A stretch of DNA of 64,000 nucleotides from Xylographa opegraphella (lineage: Eukaryota): positions 186,001 to 250,000 of the forward strand of contig JALDZX010000028.1 of the NCBI GenBank assembly GCA_022813865.1, in the 5' to 3' direction. Shown here in pieces: positions 1-12,969 of the stretch. The position numbers and the translations under genes are program-made. The stretch's first letter is position 1, and the number at the start of each line of letters is the position of its first letter. The notes under the pieces were generated by a model. The model had not been told where the DNA came from, did no database searches, and saw nothing but the letters and a program-made list of their open reading frames with translations.

Positions 1-403
1 AGGTGGTCTCTGTATCATTTTACCTCAGAACGACGGCAAAAGTAAGTGGATTAAAACGGGCATCGAGTTCTACAATGGTGCACCGAATGTGAGCACAGTG
101 GCGTGTGATCGGTGGGCAGATTGGAGTTTAACGCCGTTACCCGATGGGGACCAAAAAGGGGTGACGATAGGCATGGAGCGTGAACTGCTGGATGGGAAGG
201 CGAGCAGTGTGCTAGTTGTGTACATTGTTGAAGGAAATGTAAAGAGGAATGTTAGAGAGATAACTTGGGTATTCGAAGATACAGGGGAAAACGAAAGGGA
301 GTGTTGGGTTGGAGTCTTGGTTGGCAAACCCACAAAAGATACAGACGATGAAGAGGCGAACCTGGAGGTACAGTTCAAAGGACTAGAAATCGAGGTCTTT
401 TAG
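1..403 (+). CDS. DUF1349 (Ree1-like, ConA-like fold) protein, 5'-truncated by the window edge
   Basis: Frame from base 2 reads GGLCIILP..KWIKTGIEFYNGAPNVSTVACDRWADWSL..VGVLVGKP..LEVQF, typical of fungal DUF1349; stop at 403. Confidence 0.8.
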   Translation, partial: GGLCIILPQNDGKSKWIKTGIEFYNGAPNVSTVACDRWADWSLTPLPDGDQKGVTIGMERELLDGKASSVLVVYIVEGNVKRNVREITWVFEDTGENERECWVGVLVGKPTKDTDDEEANLEVQFKGLEIEVF

Positions 404-955
404 GTGTACAGCAATGGGTGTTGGTTGGGTCCGGAGGAAGACTCTGTGGTAACCAACTGACGATCCCCTCCTAAGACTATGTCAAGGTTTAGGAATCGCG
501 CTTATGTAAGGGATCGAGTGGTTATACTAGTGACCTACATATATATATCAGCTTTGTAAAAGAATTGAAACTTAGCTTAGAATGCTACATACGCACACTT
601 CCCATAACGCGTAATCGGGGTTCACAGCATCAACAGATTCACCATCTTTAGATCCTATTACAGCGAGCAGCTTTCACCAATAGAACTGATCTTATCACAA
701 GTAGCTTGCTTTGCAAAATTACGGATACTGAGATGTTTGGAAATTCGACTTAGGCTTTAGTTAGCCGTAGACTCGTAATTAACAATTTGGCGCCGCTAAT
801 CATAGTAGCCGAGATAAGCGTCGCGTTTTTCTTAGCAATCTGTGAATCGGCACTAGGCAATATCCAGATTAGGGCAACAAATGTGTAGCTGTTGAGACGT
901 AACTGGATTCTGTACCGGTTCTCATCGTCGTTCCCGCCCGTGAATGTTTTAGCAG

Positions 956-2140
956 ATGATTACATTTAGTTACTTGAGGTATAGAAACCTGTCATCCCCG
1001 AAGTTATTGTGTTTCTGCGGTCCACTATGGTCTCAAGTCTGCCGTCGGAGACTGACGTCTTGTCGACAATCACTTGCGGTTGAAGCGAGAAACTACTCTA
1101 CCGTAACTGGAGCACAGCCAAAATGGCCGTCCTTGGTCTTGTTCTTCACCGTTGGTTTCTTAGGGTCCGTAGGCTTCGGGCTGGTCAATCAGAACCGTGC
1201 TGCCTCTGCAACAGACCCTACAACGTTCAAATCATTTACACTTGAATCGAAAGAGCGCGTTTCGTCTACTAGCAGTATCTTTACTCTCTCACCTACAACG
1301 AGAGATATCGGAGCTGGAACCTACGAAGAAGCATGGCAGAAGGGCGTGTGGAGCGTGCAGATCAAGCAGCCACAGCTTCAAATTGCAAGGGCGTACACTC
1401 CTTTACCACCGCCAGGGAACGACGAGGCATATCGAACCTCTGGTAGATTAAGCTTTTTGATCCGGCACGATCCCAGAGGAGAAGTTTCTGGATATCTCCA
1501 CAAATTGCCGCTGGGTGCAACAATCGACCTTAGAGGCCCTCAGGTCGAGTACGCAATCCCTGAAGATGTGACTGAGGTACTATTTCTCGCAGGTGGCACA
1601 GGAATTGCACCCGCATTACAGGTTGCTCATTCGCTCTACGAGGCTCGGAAAGGTCGCGGTGTAGCTCCCAAGCTGCACGTTCTTTGGGCCAATAGAAGAA
1701 GAGAGGACTGCGAAGGAGGAATCAATGACACGAGCTCCAGATCTTCCTCTGGCCTCAACCTATGGACCAAGTTCTTTTCGCCGAAGGTGGAAAGTGCTGT
1801 GAAACCTACCACAGTTGGACAATCCGACCTCTCGCCAATGGTCCTACGTCTAGAGACCCTGAAGAAGTTCCAGTCAGATCTCGTAAGCGTTGAATATTTT
1901 GTGGACGAAGAGCAGACAGTAATTAGCAAGGCAGTACTCAAGGATGTCTTGCAGCCCTCTGTTGCGACTTCCAAAGAGCGTCCGAGTGAGAGGAAGCTCA
2001 TCCTGGTATCTGGACCTGATGGATTCATAGAGCACTTTGCAGGGTCGAAGGCCTGGCAGAACGGCAAAGAGGTCCAGGGCCGGCTCAAAGGTCTGCTGAG
2101 TCAGATTGATCATTCTCAGTGGGAAGTCTGGAAACTATGA
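956..2140 (+). CDS. CYC2: Mitochondrial flavoprotein CYC2-like (cytochrome b5 reductase/FNR family)
   Basis: 394-aa ORF with presequence-like N-terminus and TM segment; motifs WSVQIKQPQLQIARAYTP, GEVSGYLH, LAGGTGIAP, SGPDGF, QGRLKGLL. Confidence 0.85.
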   Translation: MITFSYLRYRNLSSPKLLCFCGPLWSQVCRRRLTSCRQSLAVEARNYSTVTGAQPKWPSLVLFFTVGFLGSVGFGLVNQNRAASATDPTTFKSFTLESKERVSSTSSIFTLSPTTRDIGAGTYEEAWQKGVWSVQIKQPQLQIARAYTPLPPPGNDEAYRTSGRLSFLIRHDPRGEVSGYLHKLPLGATIDLRGPQVEYAIPEDVTEVLFLAGGTGIAPALQVAHSLYEARKGRGVAPKLHVLWANRRREDCEGGINDTSSRSSSGLNLWTKFFSPKVESAVKPTTVGQSDLSPMVLRLETLKKFQSDLVSVEYFVDEEQTVISKAVLKDVLQPSVATSKERPSERKLILVSGPDGFIEHFAGSKAWQNGKEVQGRLKGLLSQIDHSQWEVWKL

Positions 2141-2818
2141 AGTAATATTTGGAACAAGGACACGTGTGGTATGTCCTGGCGACGGAGACTCCTTCGTCGC
2201 TTACAAACTGTAAGGTCACCAAACACCGTGTACGAATAGTACTCAAATTATAACGTTGTCGTTGTCTGGGTACCAATGTGATACACATTGCGTCCTCATG
2301 CAGCCGGGACTATCGTTTTCCCGCTCCACCGTACTAGCTTGGCAGATCCCTGTCGTTGTCGCGAGATCTCTGCATGCCAAAGCCCGTGAAAGCAACTCGT
2401 AATTCGGAGGCTGGGGCATCTCCAACCCCACGCACTGCACTTCGCTGTGGTTGCCAGTCCTCCTCAATATCTGATATCGCCTCAATTCGTATTCATTGTC
2501 GAGAAAAGAGTACACGATTCTACATTACCAACCCATTGAGCCAGCTCAGAAAACCTCGGCGCGCAAACGCAATCCGACGCGCTCGCCTCACATTCCTTTT
2601 TGATCTGGAGGGCGAAAACAAAAGTCTCCAGCACGGTCTGGTGTCGCGAACAAAGCAAAAACCCGGGAGCAAAATCACAGCCTTTGTTGACCAGACGCGC
2701 AAAGCGCGAGAATCGAGTCAATCAACAAGCGCTCGCACCGAAACAGCTACTCGAAACGGTGCGCAACACAAAGCACCAGCCCCCCTCAAACATCACACAC
2801 CCGTAACTGCATAGCGCA

Positions 2819-3452
2819 ATGGCAAGAGGGCAGAGAGGCAACGTCGGCGTCCCCACCAGAGGAGGGAGGAAACCGGGCCGTGGACGCGGACCCGCTGCGG
2901 CGCCCCGGCGAAGCAGCGGGAACGCACAAAGTGAGTAGAGCGTCGAGTCCTTCCCGCCGTCCGTCAGTCGATCTCAGTGCTCCATACTGACGCGCCGGAA
3001 TTCTCCAGCAGGCGGCGCCACTCCGCGAAAAACCCACCGGTACAAACCCGGCACCGTCGCTCTGCGCGAGATCCGGCGCTACCAACGGTCCACGGAGCTC
3101 CTCCTCCTCAAACTGCCCTTCTCTCGTCTTGTAAGCCACACATCACTCGCTCACACGGCGCCCGCTCACCACCCACCCTCTCAACGCTTCCCGCTCTTCC
3201 GAGTTTAGACCCTAATTCCAAGCCTGTGCATAGGTCCGCGAAATCGCGCTCGACTTCGTCCCCGTCGGCGGCGACAGCTTGCGCTGGCAATCGCAGGCCA
3301 TCCAAGCCCTGCAGGAGAGCGCCGAGGCCTTCCTCGTCCACCTCTTCGAAGACGCGAACCTGTGCGCCATCCACGCCAAGCGCGTCACCATCATGCAGAA
3401 GGACATCCAGCTGGCGAGGCGTATACGAGGGGCGTGGGGAGGCTTGGGCTAA
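2819..3452 (+). CDS. CSE4: Centromeric histone H3 variant CENP-A/Cse4 (3 exons: 2819-2930, 3009-3130, 3234-3452; about 150 aa)
   Basis: Spliced translation [104 protein letters not shown]. CenH3 hallmarks: non-H3 tail, S instead of Q in PFxRL, longer loop 1, W in LRWQS, H in VHLFED. Confidence 0.95.
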
Positions 3453-4026
3453 GGGACGGCGTGATACGGGGGAAAGCAAGGTAATGATGAAGTAAAGAGG
3501 AGGAAGAGTTGCAGGGCCCTGCGCTTAGCGGAAGGAGAATGGACGCCGTCAGATCTGGGTGTTTGCACTTGCTTCTGTTTTATGTGTGATACCTTCGCTT
3601 GCTCGGGACCGACGATGTGGTAGGGCGCAGTGGAGTAACGCACTCCGGTTCACTAGGTCATTTATGTCGGTATAGGTATGGTGGTTTTGCAGTGTTTGGC
3701 GCTAGAGGGATTGGTAGTTCATCGTGGGCCCTGTGGTATAGCTCTGATGCAGGCTGTGGAGTCGCTTGCGTCTTGCACCTTGCAACCACGGCGGCTATGA
3801 TCAAAAATAGTTTGCTCCGGGCACCATTTTGTGCTGACAGAAAAGATCGTGGTCGATAGCCTGTGTTCAAGACTGAAAACAGCAGAATCTCAGTCCAAGA
3901 GATGATCTGCAACCTTTCGGACTGTGATATCCCCCTCTCATGAATCATGTCCATCAAGTAACAGTGCAGCAAATGCCGAAAGTCCAGAAAGCAGTCCAGC
4001 ATCTTACATCGTGAGTGCGAAAGACT

Positions 4027-6584
4027 TCACGCCACCCGTACCGTCTCGGCCTCCTCGTCCTGTTCCATCACCCTATCCACCTCCCTCTGCATCGCCACCG
4101 GTAACCTGCCTGCCACATCCAAAGCCTCCCTCCACGCCGCATCTGCTTCCTCCCCCTTGCCTTGCCTCTCCAACGTTTCGGCCAGCTTCCCAAGCGCGAC
4201 CCCGATCCACAGACCGTCCCTGCCTTTCTTCGCCAGCTGCAGACTGGCACGCGCGCTCTTCTCCGCCTGCTCGCCCACCACTCCCTTGAAGAACTTCCAC
4301 CCCATGAAGTTCAGCGTGATGCACATCAGCTGGTTGTTGGCGGTGTGCTTGGCGGCCTGCAGTACGGACTGGAGGTATTGTTTCGTTTTGAGGATACCGG
4401 GTGCGGGGTCAGATGTTGTCGAGGTGGGTGATATGGCTCGTAGCAGATAATAGGCAGCGTGGATATTTTTGGAGGGGTTGGCGAGCGCAAGGGGCTCGAG
4501 CTGGGATAGAATGGTAGGGAAGAGAGAGTGTTTGGGGTGAGTGGGAGCGCGGATGATGAGCAGTGCGTTGAGGGCCGCGAGTAGAGAGAGGTCATATTGA
4601 GGTTGCAAAGGGGGGGAAGCATGAGCGTTCGGCGGTGAAGTAGGAAGCGCAAAGATCGACGACTGGAATATCGTGAGGGCGGAGGCGAGATCGCCGGTTG
4701 CTTGCTTAAGAAGGGCGTCAAGGTAATGTATAAATATGGAAACTGGTCCTAGCTGAGGCTCCTGCAGGTCGGCTGCGTTACGTTTCAGAAGCGAAAGTTC
4801 TTCTTTTGCTGTTTGCCATGACGTGCGTGCGCAAAGAGCGAAGATAAGGTGGATCTGCACCTGGCATAGTAGTGTCCGTTGCCAGAGGTACCTTGGTTCC
4901 AACAGGGCATGAGGGCCGACGGTGAGTTGAGGCATATCTGTTGGGCACATTTAGCTGATTTCTTCTCTCTAGAAAGAGCCTCTCACTCGATATCATTTGC
5001 TTGGCCTCGTTAAGGTAATGCTCCGACTTCTGTCCGTCCATAGCATTTCTGTGCAAGACCACCGCACCACTGAATAAAAAGCCAAGAGCATATATTTCAT
5101 TCTTGGGAAGCCAAGAGAGAGAGACACATACTGTCCCTGCGGAATCCACCTGCAAAATCCCTGTGGGAGTTTGGCTACTCTGCTGAAGGCTCTGTGCTGT
5201 ATGATCGCCTAGTGGGATTCGTACGACCCCGTCCCAGCCCCAGTTATTACTGTCTTTAATCGAATCAAGCATCAAATGCATGGCTTCTAGCTTCAGCTTT
5301 GCTTGATTGGAGTCAATTTGTTGCAAGCTGCAGGAGATGTCCACAAAATGCATCATTGTGGCTAGTTGAGGAACTCTCTGAAATGATGGATCGAGTTGCG
5401 AACTCCTTGCGGCCGCCAATGCACGTTGAGCTTGCTCAATGCTCTCAGCATTATTGGATCGGCGTAAACAGGTCATGGCTTCTAAGATCGAGGCAGTAGC
5501 CGAGATTACGTTGTCACCGTTGTGGTCGGCTAGAGTGGTTACAACTCGAAACTGATTCATAGCTACGAGAGTCTCTTGAGAGGAAGCGATTTGGAGGGAT
5601 AAGCTTGCGCGTAGAAATCGAAAGGCATACAGCCAAGCGACATGACGGTAACTGGCTATTCAGCATAATATAGTGGTTTCGCTAGTGGATACATACGCCT
5701 CTACGTCTTTGATCACACTGTCTAAGAACTTCACAGATGCCCTTGGATTCGTCGCAAACATCACATGGGTCAGGAGATGCTGCATATTGTACTTGAGATC
5801 TTGAAGCCGATGCTGCGATATGTTAGCAGAAAGAAAGAGGACTGCCCTGGAATATCAGCTTAAATACTGACTCGATCGCAAAGTAATATCTACAAAACTG
5901 TCAGTAAAAAGGTTCTACTTATTTCAGAACAATGGCTATGTACCCCCTGGCTTAGCGCTTCTTCTGCTTCTATGTAGTTCTCTGTCTCCTGGAATAATAC
6001 CGAAGCATACCGCAGTCGGGTTCTGGCTTCCAGCACTGGAGACAATCTTCCTTGCTGGCTCTATTCAGCATTCCTGACTAAAGTATTGAAGGTCAAAGTA
6101 CCCGTAAAACAGCCTCTAGACAGCCCAGTCCTGTAGCAATATATTTATAATACAGCCTGATGTTATTCTCTCGCTCATGGATTTCTGCTCCAGAGCTTTG
6201 TCCGAAGGCAGCCGCAAAATACTCTTCCGCGAGGGCTAGCAGAACCATCTGGCCGTCAAAAGACGGCACAGATTGCCGAGCAAGAGATGCCGTTGATATT
6301 GGCAGTGAGTAGCCATTCGTGGCTGTCGGGGCCTGGGTTGGTGGCAGAGCATTTGCATCAACTTGCGGTGGGAGCTGAGGAAGCCTTGAATCTGATCGGA
6401 GTCTGTTTTCACTTCCGTAGACATGCTGATTGGCATTCGGACCAAGTACACTGGATTGATATATGTGTTCTGCTGAGATCCTGGGTATTTGTACTTGCAC
6501 TCCATATGTTGGATAGCCATTCACTTGCGAATAAATCGGTGTGCCATTCGAGTCACAATATAGCTGGCCGTTGTAGGACGACAT
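4027..6584 (-). CDS. ssl3: Cohesin loading factor Scc4/Ssl3/MAU2-like (multi-exon)
   Basis: Exons read LLALAEEYFAAA..YYKYIATGLGCLEAVL, EARTRLRYASVLFQETENYIEAEEALSQG, and C-terminal NNQLMCITLNFMGWKFFKGVVGEQAEKSARA; ORFs 6093-6584, 4778-5560 and 4027-4950 are linked by short GT-AG introns. Confidence 0.85.
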
Positions 6585-7016
6585 CCTTCATATCTCTGGG
6601 CATAACTTTTAATGAGATGCTCTCCACACGGTGATCCCGCGACTATCGACCATTTCAAGCATCCTAATATTGATTGCGCAATAATCCGCAGGCACTCTGC
6701 GTCCAGGATAAAATACTACTTTATAGATTGGCTTCATTAGGTTGGTTGTAGCAGACTGTTAACGGCTCGGCAATACGATTACCCGCTAATTGCAAAGCCG
6801 GATTATCCCGGAGCAAGCAGTAGCGGAAAACACCAAGACTTTGCCATGATTTACGCAGTATCCATCACACCAATAGGGGTTGCATGCTTCGTTGGAATAT
6901 GCTAACAAATATACATTGTACAGATGCTGTTCTATTGACGCATACAGATACTTTATTTATGCTCTTCTGTTGATACCCAGTATTAAACTTTCCAAACTCC
7001 TCATCACTTCATATTA

Positions 7017-8205
7017 CTAGACCATCTCAGTCGTATGCTTTTCGTATGTTCCATGATTTGGGACACCCCTTTCTTCGATAGCAGTCTCAGAGCTCGCTAC
7101 TCCTCTGCCCTCATCAAAGTCCATGCTATCATTGTCCTGTAAATTCCGGCTGGGATTGTCCCTGGAGTTTCCTCCGACCATCGCTTGCGGCATTGGCATA
7201 CTCTTGAGCTCTTCCTTGGAGGCGCGCGAACTATAGCCTTTTCCATGAGTACTCAAGAGTAGCGAGCCTCTGGTCAGGAGCGGGCGATAAGTCGGGAGGC
7301 AAGCCGACATGATGGCTACTCCACTGTGGACGTTGAGCCAGATATCGCCTTGGGTAAGATCAACTAAGATGACATTAGTCGATCTGACCACGTGACAAAA
7401 GAGGTTGACTTACTGTTGGTATTGTCCGGCTGGTAAACATATATGATTCGAATGATACCGGTTATGATAACGAAGCCGCCAAGCAGGAAGATGAAGGACA
7501 AGAGGACCTTCTTCTTCCGTGACAGCTGAAGTTTGGAGATTTGCCGAATAGGCAGGCTCAGTATTGTCAACTCTGTTACAAGCTCTAATACCATGGCAGC
7601 GAACCAGAACGCATCGTAATTGACAAGCCATTTCCCGGATACAGTTGGGTCCCAGTACGAGGGAATGGGACTGATGAAAAATATTTCCACAAGAGTCCCA
7701 GATACCCACCACAAAGCACTCCAGATGACTAAGAGCAACGATATCAAGCGAAAGCTTGGGGTTATGAATATTCGTCGATAAAGAAAGAGGACAGACACCA
7801 TGCAGGCTGCAATAATAGACCAGTAGAAAACGCTTTGGACGTATACCAACTAAGCCACGTCAGCGACCCCACCAGCGGCCGGCTTGCAGACTTACCTTGA
7901 GATACGTCACATACTGTGGATCTGTGAGCGCGGTGGCCTGTCTGCCGACGATGGTTGCTGTTGTACGATTAGCCCATGTGGACGCTTTGGTTTGATAGAT
8001 CCTTACAGCGTATGACCAGTGCTACAACCACGGTATATATTGCAAGAGCAGTTAACGCCAGCCAATCATCGGCTCCAGGCTTGGCTTTTATTATACGCTT
8101 CGAGAGGAATCGTAACGAGACCGAGATTGCTGCAAGTGCAAGAAAGGCCGATCCGGTTCCAATGATAGTCGCCCCATGGATCTTCAAACCATCAAGTGTA
8201 TCCAT
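7017..8205 (-). CDS. PTH11-like (non-CFEM) fungal rhodopsin-domain membrane protein, about 4 exons
   Basis: VSLRFLSKR..GADDWLAL, SVLFLYRRIF, LSLPIRQISKLQLSRKKKVLLSFIFLLGGFVIITGIIR, W..GVAIMSACLPTYRPL. Confidence 0.85.
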
Positions 8206-8389
8206 GATATAAAGTTAGGGCACACTTGGACTAGGTGGACATGAAAGTCGAGAGAAAAGCAAGTCGCGATCACAACGCATAAACTCAAAGGACGGTGTTC
8301 ATAGCTTCTATATTGTTCTTTGTGCACCAAGCTACCTCATCGCTCCAGGGTTGGTGGGATGCTGAGCCGCTTCCAGTCATGGATGCACA

Positions 8390-8458
8390 TTCAGTCAGCA
8401 ATGCAGATAGCATGGTATGGTTCTTTCAGTCAGCAACGCAGATAGCATGGTATGGTTC
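8390..8458. repeat. Tandem duplication, 2 x 34 nt (35-nt period)
   Basis: ttcagtcagcaa(t/c)gcagatagcatggtatggttc at 8390-8423 and 8425-8458; one mismatch. Confidence 0.95.
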
Positions 8459-9128
8459 CTGAGCTGGACTAGCTGGTCACTGTTTCGGTCTGTGATTGGC
8501 TCCAACTGAAGCACATTTCGAAACTGCCAGGATTGAGAATTGAGTAGCAGACCATCCCCACGCTTCGTCGTCATCTAGCAGACTCCGCCGAGTCGCCGAC
8601 GCTATCAAGTGAGGAAGTGGCTTGGCCAACAGCTCATAGCGATGTGGCCCCAAGTGCGGCGCAGTAGCGACCGAACAAAGCTTACAGAAGTCGTGGTTGT
8701 TGTCGACATGGAGTTGTGGGTTGAATGGATGGTGTCCTAACCTTGTCCTGTCGGCTTCGACGTCATGGCGCACTCCGCCCATCCACTACATCCTGAATAG
8801 GTTCTATAGTGCTTATCTCCACCATTATGACAGCATCTCGCCACACCCTCATGCAGCTCATAATCGCAGATGCCTTTCGGAGCACCATGCTAATCTTGAC
8901 ATGAACCTGTCTCTTGGCGGAAGCAATGGGACGGGACAAAACGACCAACGACGAGGTTCCTGCATATGATACTCCAATGAAATCATTCGTCAGACCTGCG
9001 ATCACACCGACGACGGTGACATGTCTCTCGTATGCATGACGGCTACATGATTGCTCGCGCGGGAAGGGCGAGGTACCTGTAGGCGGGTGTCCTGCGTGTG
9101 ATTCAAGCTTCACTTCTTTCGCTTCACG

Positions 9129-10260
9129 ATGGCGCAACAACCGGCGCAGAAGCCCATATTTGTCGCTACCCATTCGCGCTCTTGCTCCACGGCATTTGAA
9201 CGGGTACGGCCCTTCCCGTCTGCGGTCGTTCTTCACCTTGTTTCTCGTGGTTCGCGTGCCGATGATTGACACATCCACTCGCAGATATTCATGACCTGTC
9301 ATGAAACCATCACGTGCTTTCATGAGCCGTTTGGGGACTCGTTCTACTATGGCCCAGAACGGATAAGCCCCACGTACATGCACAATGAAGCAGCTATCAA
9401 GAAGTCTGGGTTCGAGAACAGCACGTATGATGTTGTTCTACGGAATATACTCGATCATGTGAAGGTAGGTATCTCTCTTGCTAGGCTACATGCGTGTAGT
9501 TTTACTGTCCCGAAGAAATAGATATATGAGTAAGCAGCTGATTCCAGGTCAGAATGTCAATAAGCGGGTCTTTATTAAGGACATCGCCTACCACATCGTC
9601 TCCCCTATCCATACCCCAGTGACCATTGCTCCATCTCTACGCCAATATGAGACCGCGCAGTCTGCCACAAGAATACCGAACCCAGCCATCGTACCGTCCA
9701 GCATCCTCTCCAAGTTCCAGTTCACCTTTCTGATTCGGGACCCTAGGACTGCTATCTCCAGTCTTTATCGCTGCACCGTTCCGCCTTTGAATGAAAAGAC
9801 CGGCATGCACATGTTCCTGACCTCCGAGATTGGTTATCGAGAGATGCGTCTCCTTCTGGACTATCTGTACGAGGACGATGTGCAACGCAAAGAGCAGGTT
9901 TGCCTTGTCGATGCTGACGACCTGCTGGACGACCCGTCTGGAATCGTCAAGGCATACTGCGAGCGAGTGAATCTTCCATTTAGCGAAGACATGCTGAAGT
10001 GGGGCTCGGACGAAGATCAGGCGCGTGCGAAGAAAGCCTTCGCAAAGTACTACGGCTACCATGAAGACGCCATCGAAAGCACGGGGCTGAAGCCACGGCT
10101 CCACCCTGGAAAGCATTATGGCAGTCCCGACGAGGAAGACGAGAAGTGGAGGAGCAAGTATGGCGAGGAAGGCGCGCGGAAGATCCGCGAAGTGGTAGAT
10201 GCTAGCATGGCGGACTATGAATACCTGAAGCAATTCGCGTTGAAAGCGTCACCGAAGTAG
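9129..10260 (+). CDS. P-loop sulfotransferase-like protein (BCAT-associated Sulfotransfer_5-like), about 3 exons
   Basis: MAQQPAQKPIFVATHSRSCSTAFER|IFMT..HEPFGDSFYYGPER, VFIKDIAY, FTFLIRDP, VDADDLLDDP, GYHEDAIESTG. Confidence 0.8.
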
Positions 10261-10464
10261 GAATCTAACACCATCTTCAAAAGCATTAGTCACAGGCATA
10301 AGACTTTCTTCCCAACTCACAAAGAAGTCAACAACCCACTGCTCCGCAACCCTCTGCTCAGAAAATCCATGATCCGATCGCTTATCCTGGGCTGCGCTAG
10401 TCCTCCGCCCTCTTTCTCAACTTCCAGCCTCTCACCCTTCCCTCCCTCCCCCACCTTCCCCATC

Positions 10465-12114
10465 ATGGCCTCCCTCCTCCCCAACCACGCCAGCCTAAAG
10501 TTCACCCACCACCCCCACCCCCTCGCCCTCGCCCCGCACGCCCCCTATCCCCGCACCACCCTCCCCTCCCTCTGCTACGCCTCCACCCCTCCCTGCACCC
10601 TCCACCCCCTCCTCTTCAACGGGCACCTCCAAACCCTCTGGACCGCCACCCCCGCGGCCGACATTCCCATCCACTACAAGCGGCACGTCTTCACGGCGAG
10701 CGACCCCTCCTTCGCCGGCAGCTTCGCCGTCGACTTCGTCACGCCCGCGCCCGCACCCGCACCCGCACCCGCCTTCCCCACAGACGCCACGCTCCCGCCG
10801 CGCACGACCCCCTACACGCCGGCGGAGTACGAAGCGCTCGGCAGCGAGGACGACGACGCGCCGATGGCGATCGTGCTGCACGGCCTCAGCGGCGGCAGCC
10901 ACGAGGCGTACGTGCGCGCGGCGCTGGCCCCGCTCGTAGCGGCGGGGTGGGCCGCGTGCGTGGTGGATGCGCGGGGCTGTGCGGGCAGCGCCCTCACGAC
11001 GGGGGTGCTGTACAATGCGCGCGCGACGTGGGATGTGCGGCAGGTGGTCGGCTGGTGCCGCGCGCGGTGGCCGCAGCGGGAGCTGTTCGGGCTGGGGTTC
11101 AGTCTCGGGGCGAATATACTGGTGAATGTACGTCGATGGGCTTCCTTTACGTCCGTGGAAGGTGGGGAGGAGGGAAGGTAGGGGTGTGTTTTGTTTTTGG
11201 GTTCTTCTATGTGGGAGATGATGGCTTCTAATGCGGGTGCGGGAGCGTGTAGTATCTGGGCGAGGAGGGGGAGAGATGCGTGCTGAAGGCGGCGGTGGTG
11301 TGCTCGAACCCGTGGAACTTGGAGGTGGGGAGCTTGGCGCTGCAGCGAACGTGGGTGGGAAGAGAGGTGTATTCGCGGGCAATGGGGACGAGCATGAAGA
11401 AGCTGTTTGAGAAGTAGGTGGGGTGGCGATGGACGGTTTGAGGATTTGGATGATGCTAACATGGATGGGATAGACATGTGGAGCAGATCGCGAAGAATCC
11501 GAGGGTGGATGTTGAGAAGGTGCGCGGAGTCACATATCTGCATGAGTTTGACCGGTATGTGGAGCATTGGATATTGCCTTGCTATCTGATCTGGTTCCAG
11601 AGAGCTTCAAGGGCCGACCTGGGGCTATCCAACTGAAGGCGCGTACTATAGAGACGCATCCTCTTCGGATTCGTTGCTTGCGGTGAGAGTTCCGTTATTT
11701 GCGATACATGCTGAAGATGATCCGGTGAGTGCCATGGCTGGCCGATATGTTGATTCATTATGCCGATAACGCTCCCAAAGATAGCGGTAAAAGAAGGCGT
11801 TCCTTATGAGGAATTTAAACAGACCCCATACGCAGTATTGTGTACCACGAGCCTTGGAGGACACCTGGGCTGGTTTGAGAGCGGCGGAACTCGATGGTTC
11901 ACAAAGCCTGTGAGTTAAGCATCTGCTGCTTGTGCGAGTATCAGCTGACTGGTCTTAGATCAGCCAATTCCTGATCAAGATAGCCACGGAAGTGGACAAG
12001 GTGGAGCGGCCGAAAGGTCCAACCTGGAATTCCGCAGAGTCTGTCGACAAGGACAAGTACGCGCCTTCTTTCATCCCAATGCGTCGCAGGCTTCAGCTTC
12101 ATTTCGATCCGTAA
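10465..12114 (+). CDS. Alpha/beta hydrolase, EHT1/EEB1-like acyl-CoA:alcohol acyltransferase/esterase (about 6 exons)
   Basis: LFNGHLQT, VLHGLSGGSHEAY, DARGC, nucleophile GFSLG, YLGEEG, HAEDDP, GGHLGWFE; five GT-AG introns traced. Confidence 0.9.
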
Positions 12115-12182
12115 AGCCAGCATAGATAGAAATAGCTTAGATAACCCATATAGGCTGTGCTTGTTTTGCTCCCGGGGCAGCT

Positions 12183-12969
12183 TCAACCGAATGATACCCT
12201 CTTCCTCGCCTTGAACGGTTTCACCTCTCTGGATCGATCCGACTTGATCATCTCACCATCCTCTTCTCCACTCTTCCTTGTTCTTTTCTTTTTCATCGAG
12301 TCTTTCTTCTCCTCCTAGGTTTTGTCAACGATCATCGACTACGGACTTCGCAGGGTCATCAAGAACGCACCAGTTTCCCCTTCCGCATCTGCTCTCTCTT
12401 CTCCGCCTCTGCCTTTCGAGCTTCCCGGATCTCCTCCATCTGCCTACTCTTCATCATCTTACTTTCAATCTGGCCTTCCTTGTCCGCATTTACCATGGCC
12501 AGGATGGTCATCATACTCTCCTACACCAGGGTTCCCATGTCAGCAGGAGCTTTCGTCACTTGCAGATCTGACCATCCAGATTGATCCCTCCGCTTAAGGC
12601 GACTGTAAGACCTATTGCCGCTTCTCGCCTTGCCCTCAACGCAACGAAGCTCCAAGGACTTACCGCATCATCCACAAAAACCTTTCCCCTTTTCTTTCCC
12701 TTTGGTGCCTCGACGCCGACTGGCGTGATCATGTTCAACGTTGGTAGTCCAAGCTCTTTATCCGTGTACACTTTCCTTTTCCTCTTGCCCGCTCCATTCT
12801 TCACCACGCTGCTTGCAGATTTCGTCTTCTGCTGCTTGGGAGGTGGGAGGTTGACTTTCTTCGTGACACGGCTTTTACTAGCGCTAGTGACGGGTTTGCG
12901 AGTACTAGTTTTCGTGGTCTTATTGCCGCCACCGCGAGCGGGCTTCGAGGCCCCTCTCGTAGGTGCCAT
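12183..12969 (-). CDS. LOC1: 60S assembly/export protein Loc1 (3 exons)
   Basis: [70 protein letters not shown], ending KRVSFG*. Confidence 0.9.

Noticed and set aside
3108..3479. Long antisense and alternate-frame ORFs over GC-rich genes (also 9637-10233, 10495-11567, 22922-23479, 41388-42567, 49968-50688)
   Set aside because: Shadow ORFs caused by high GC3 opposite well-supported genes; no independent motifs.
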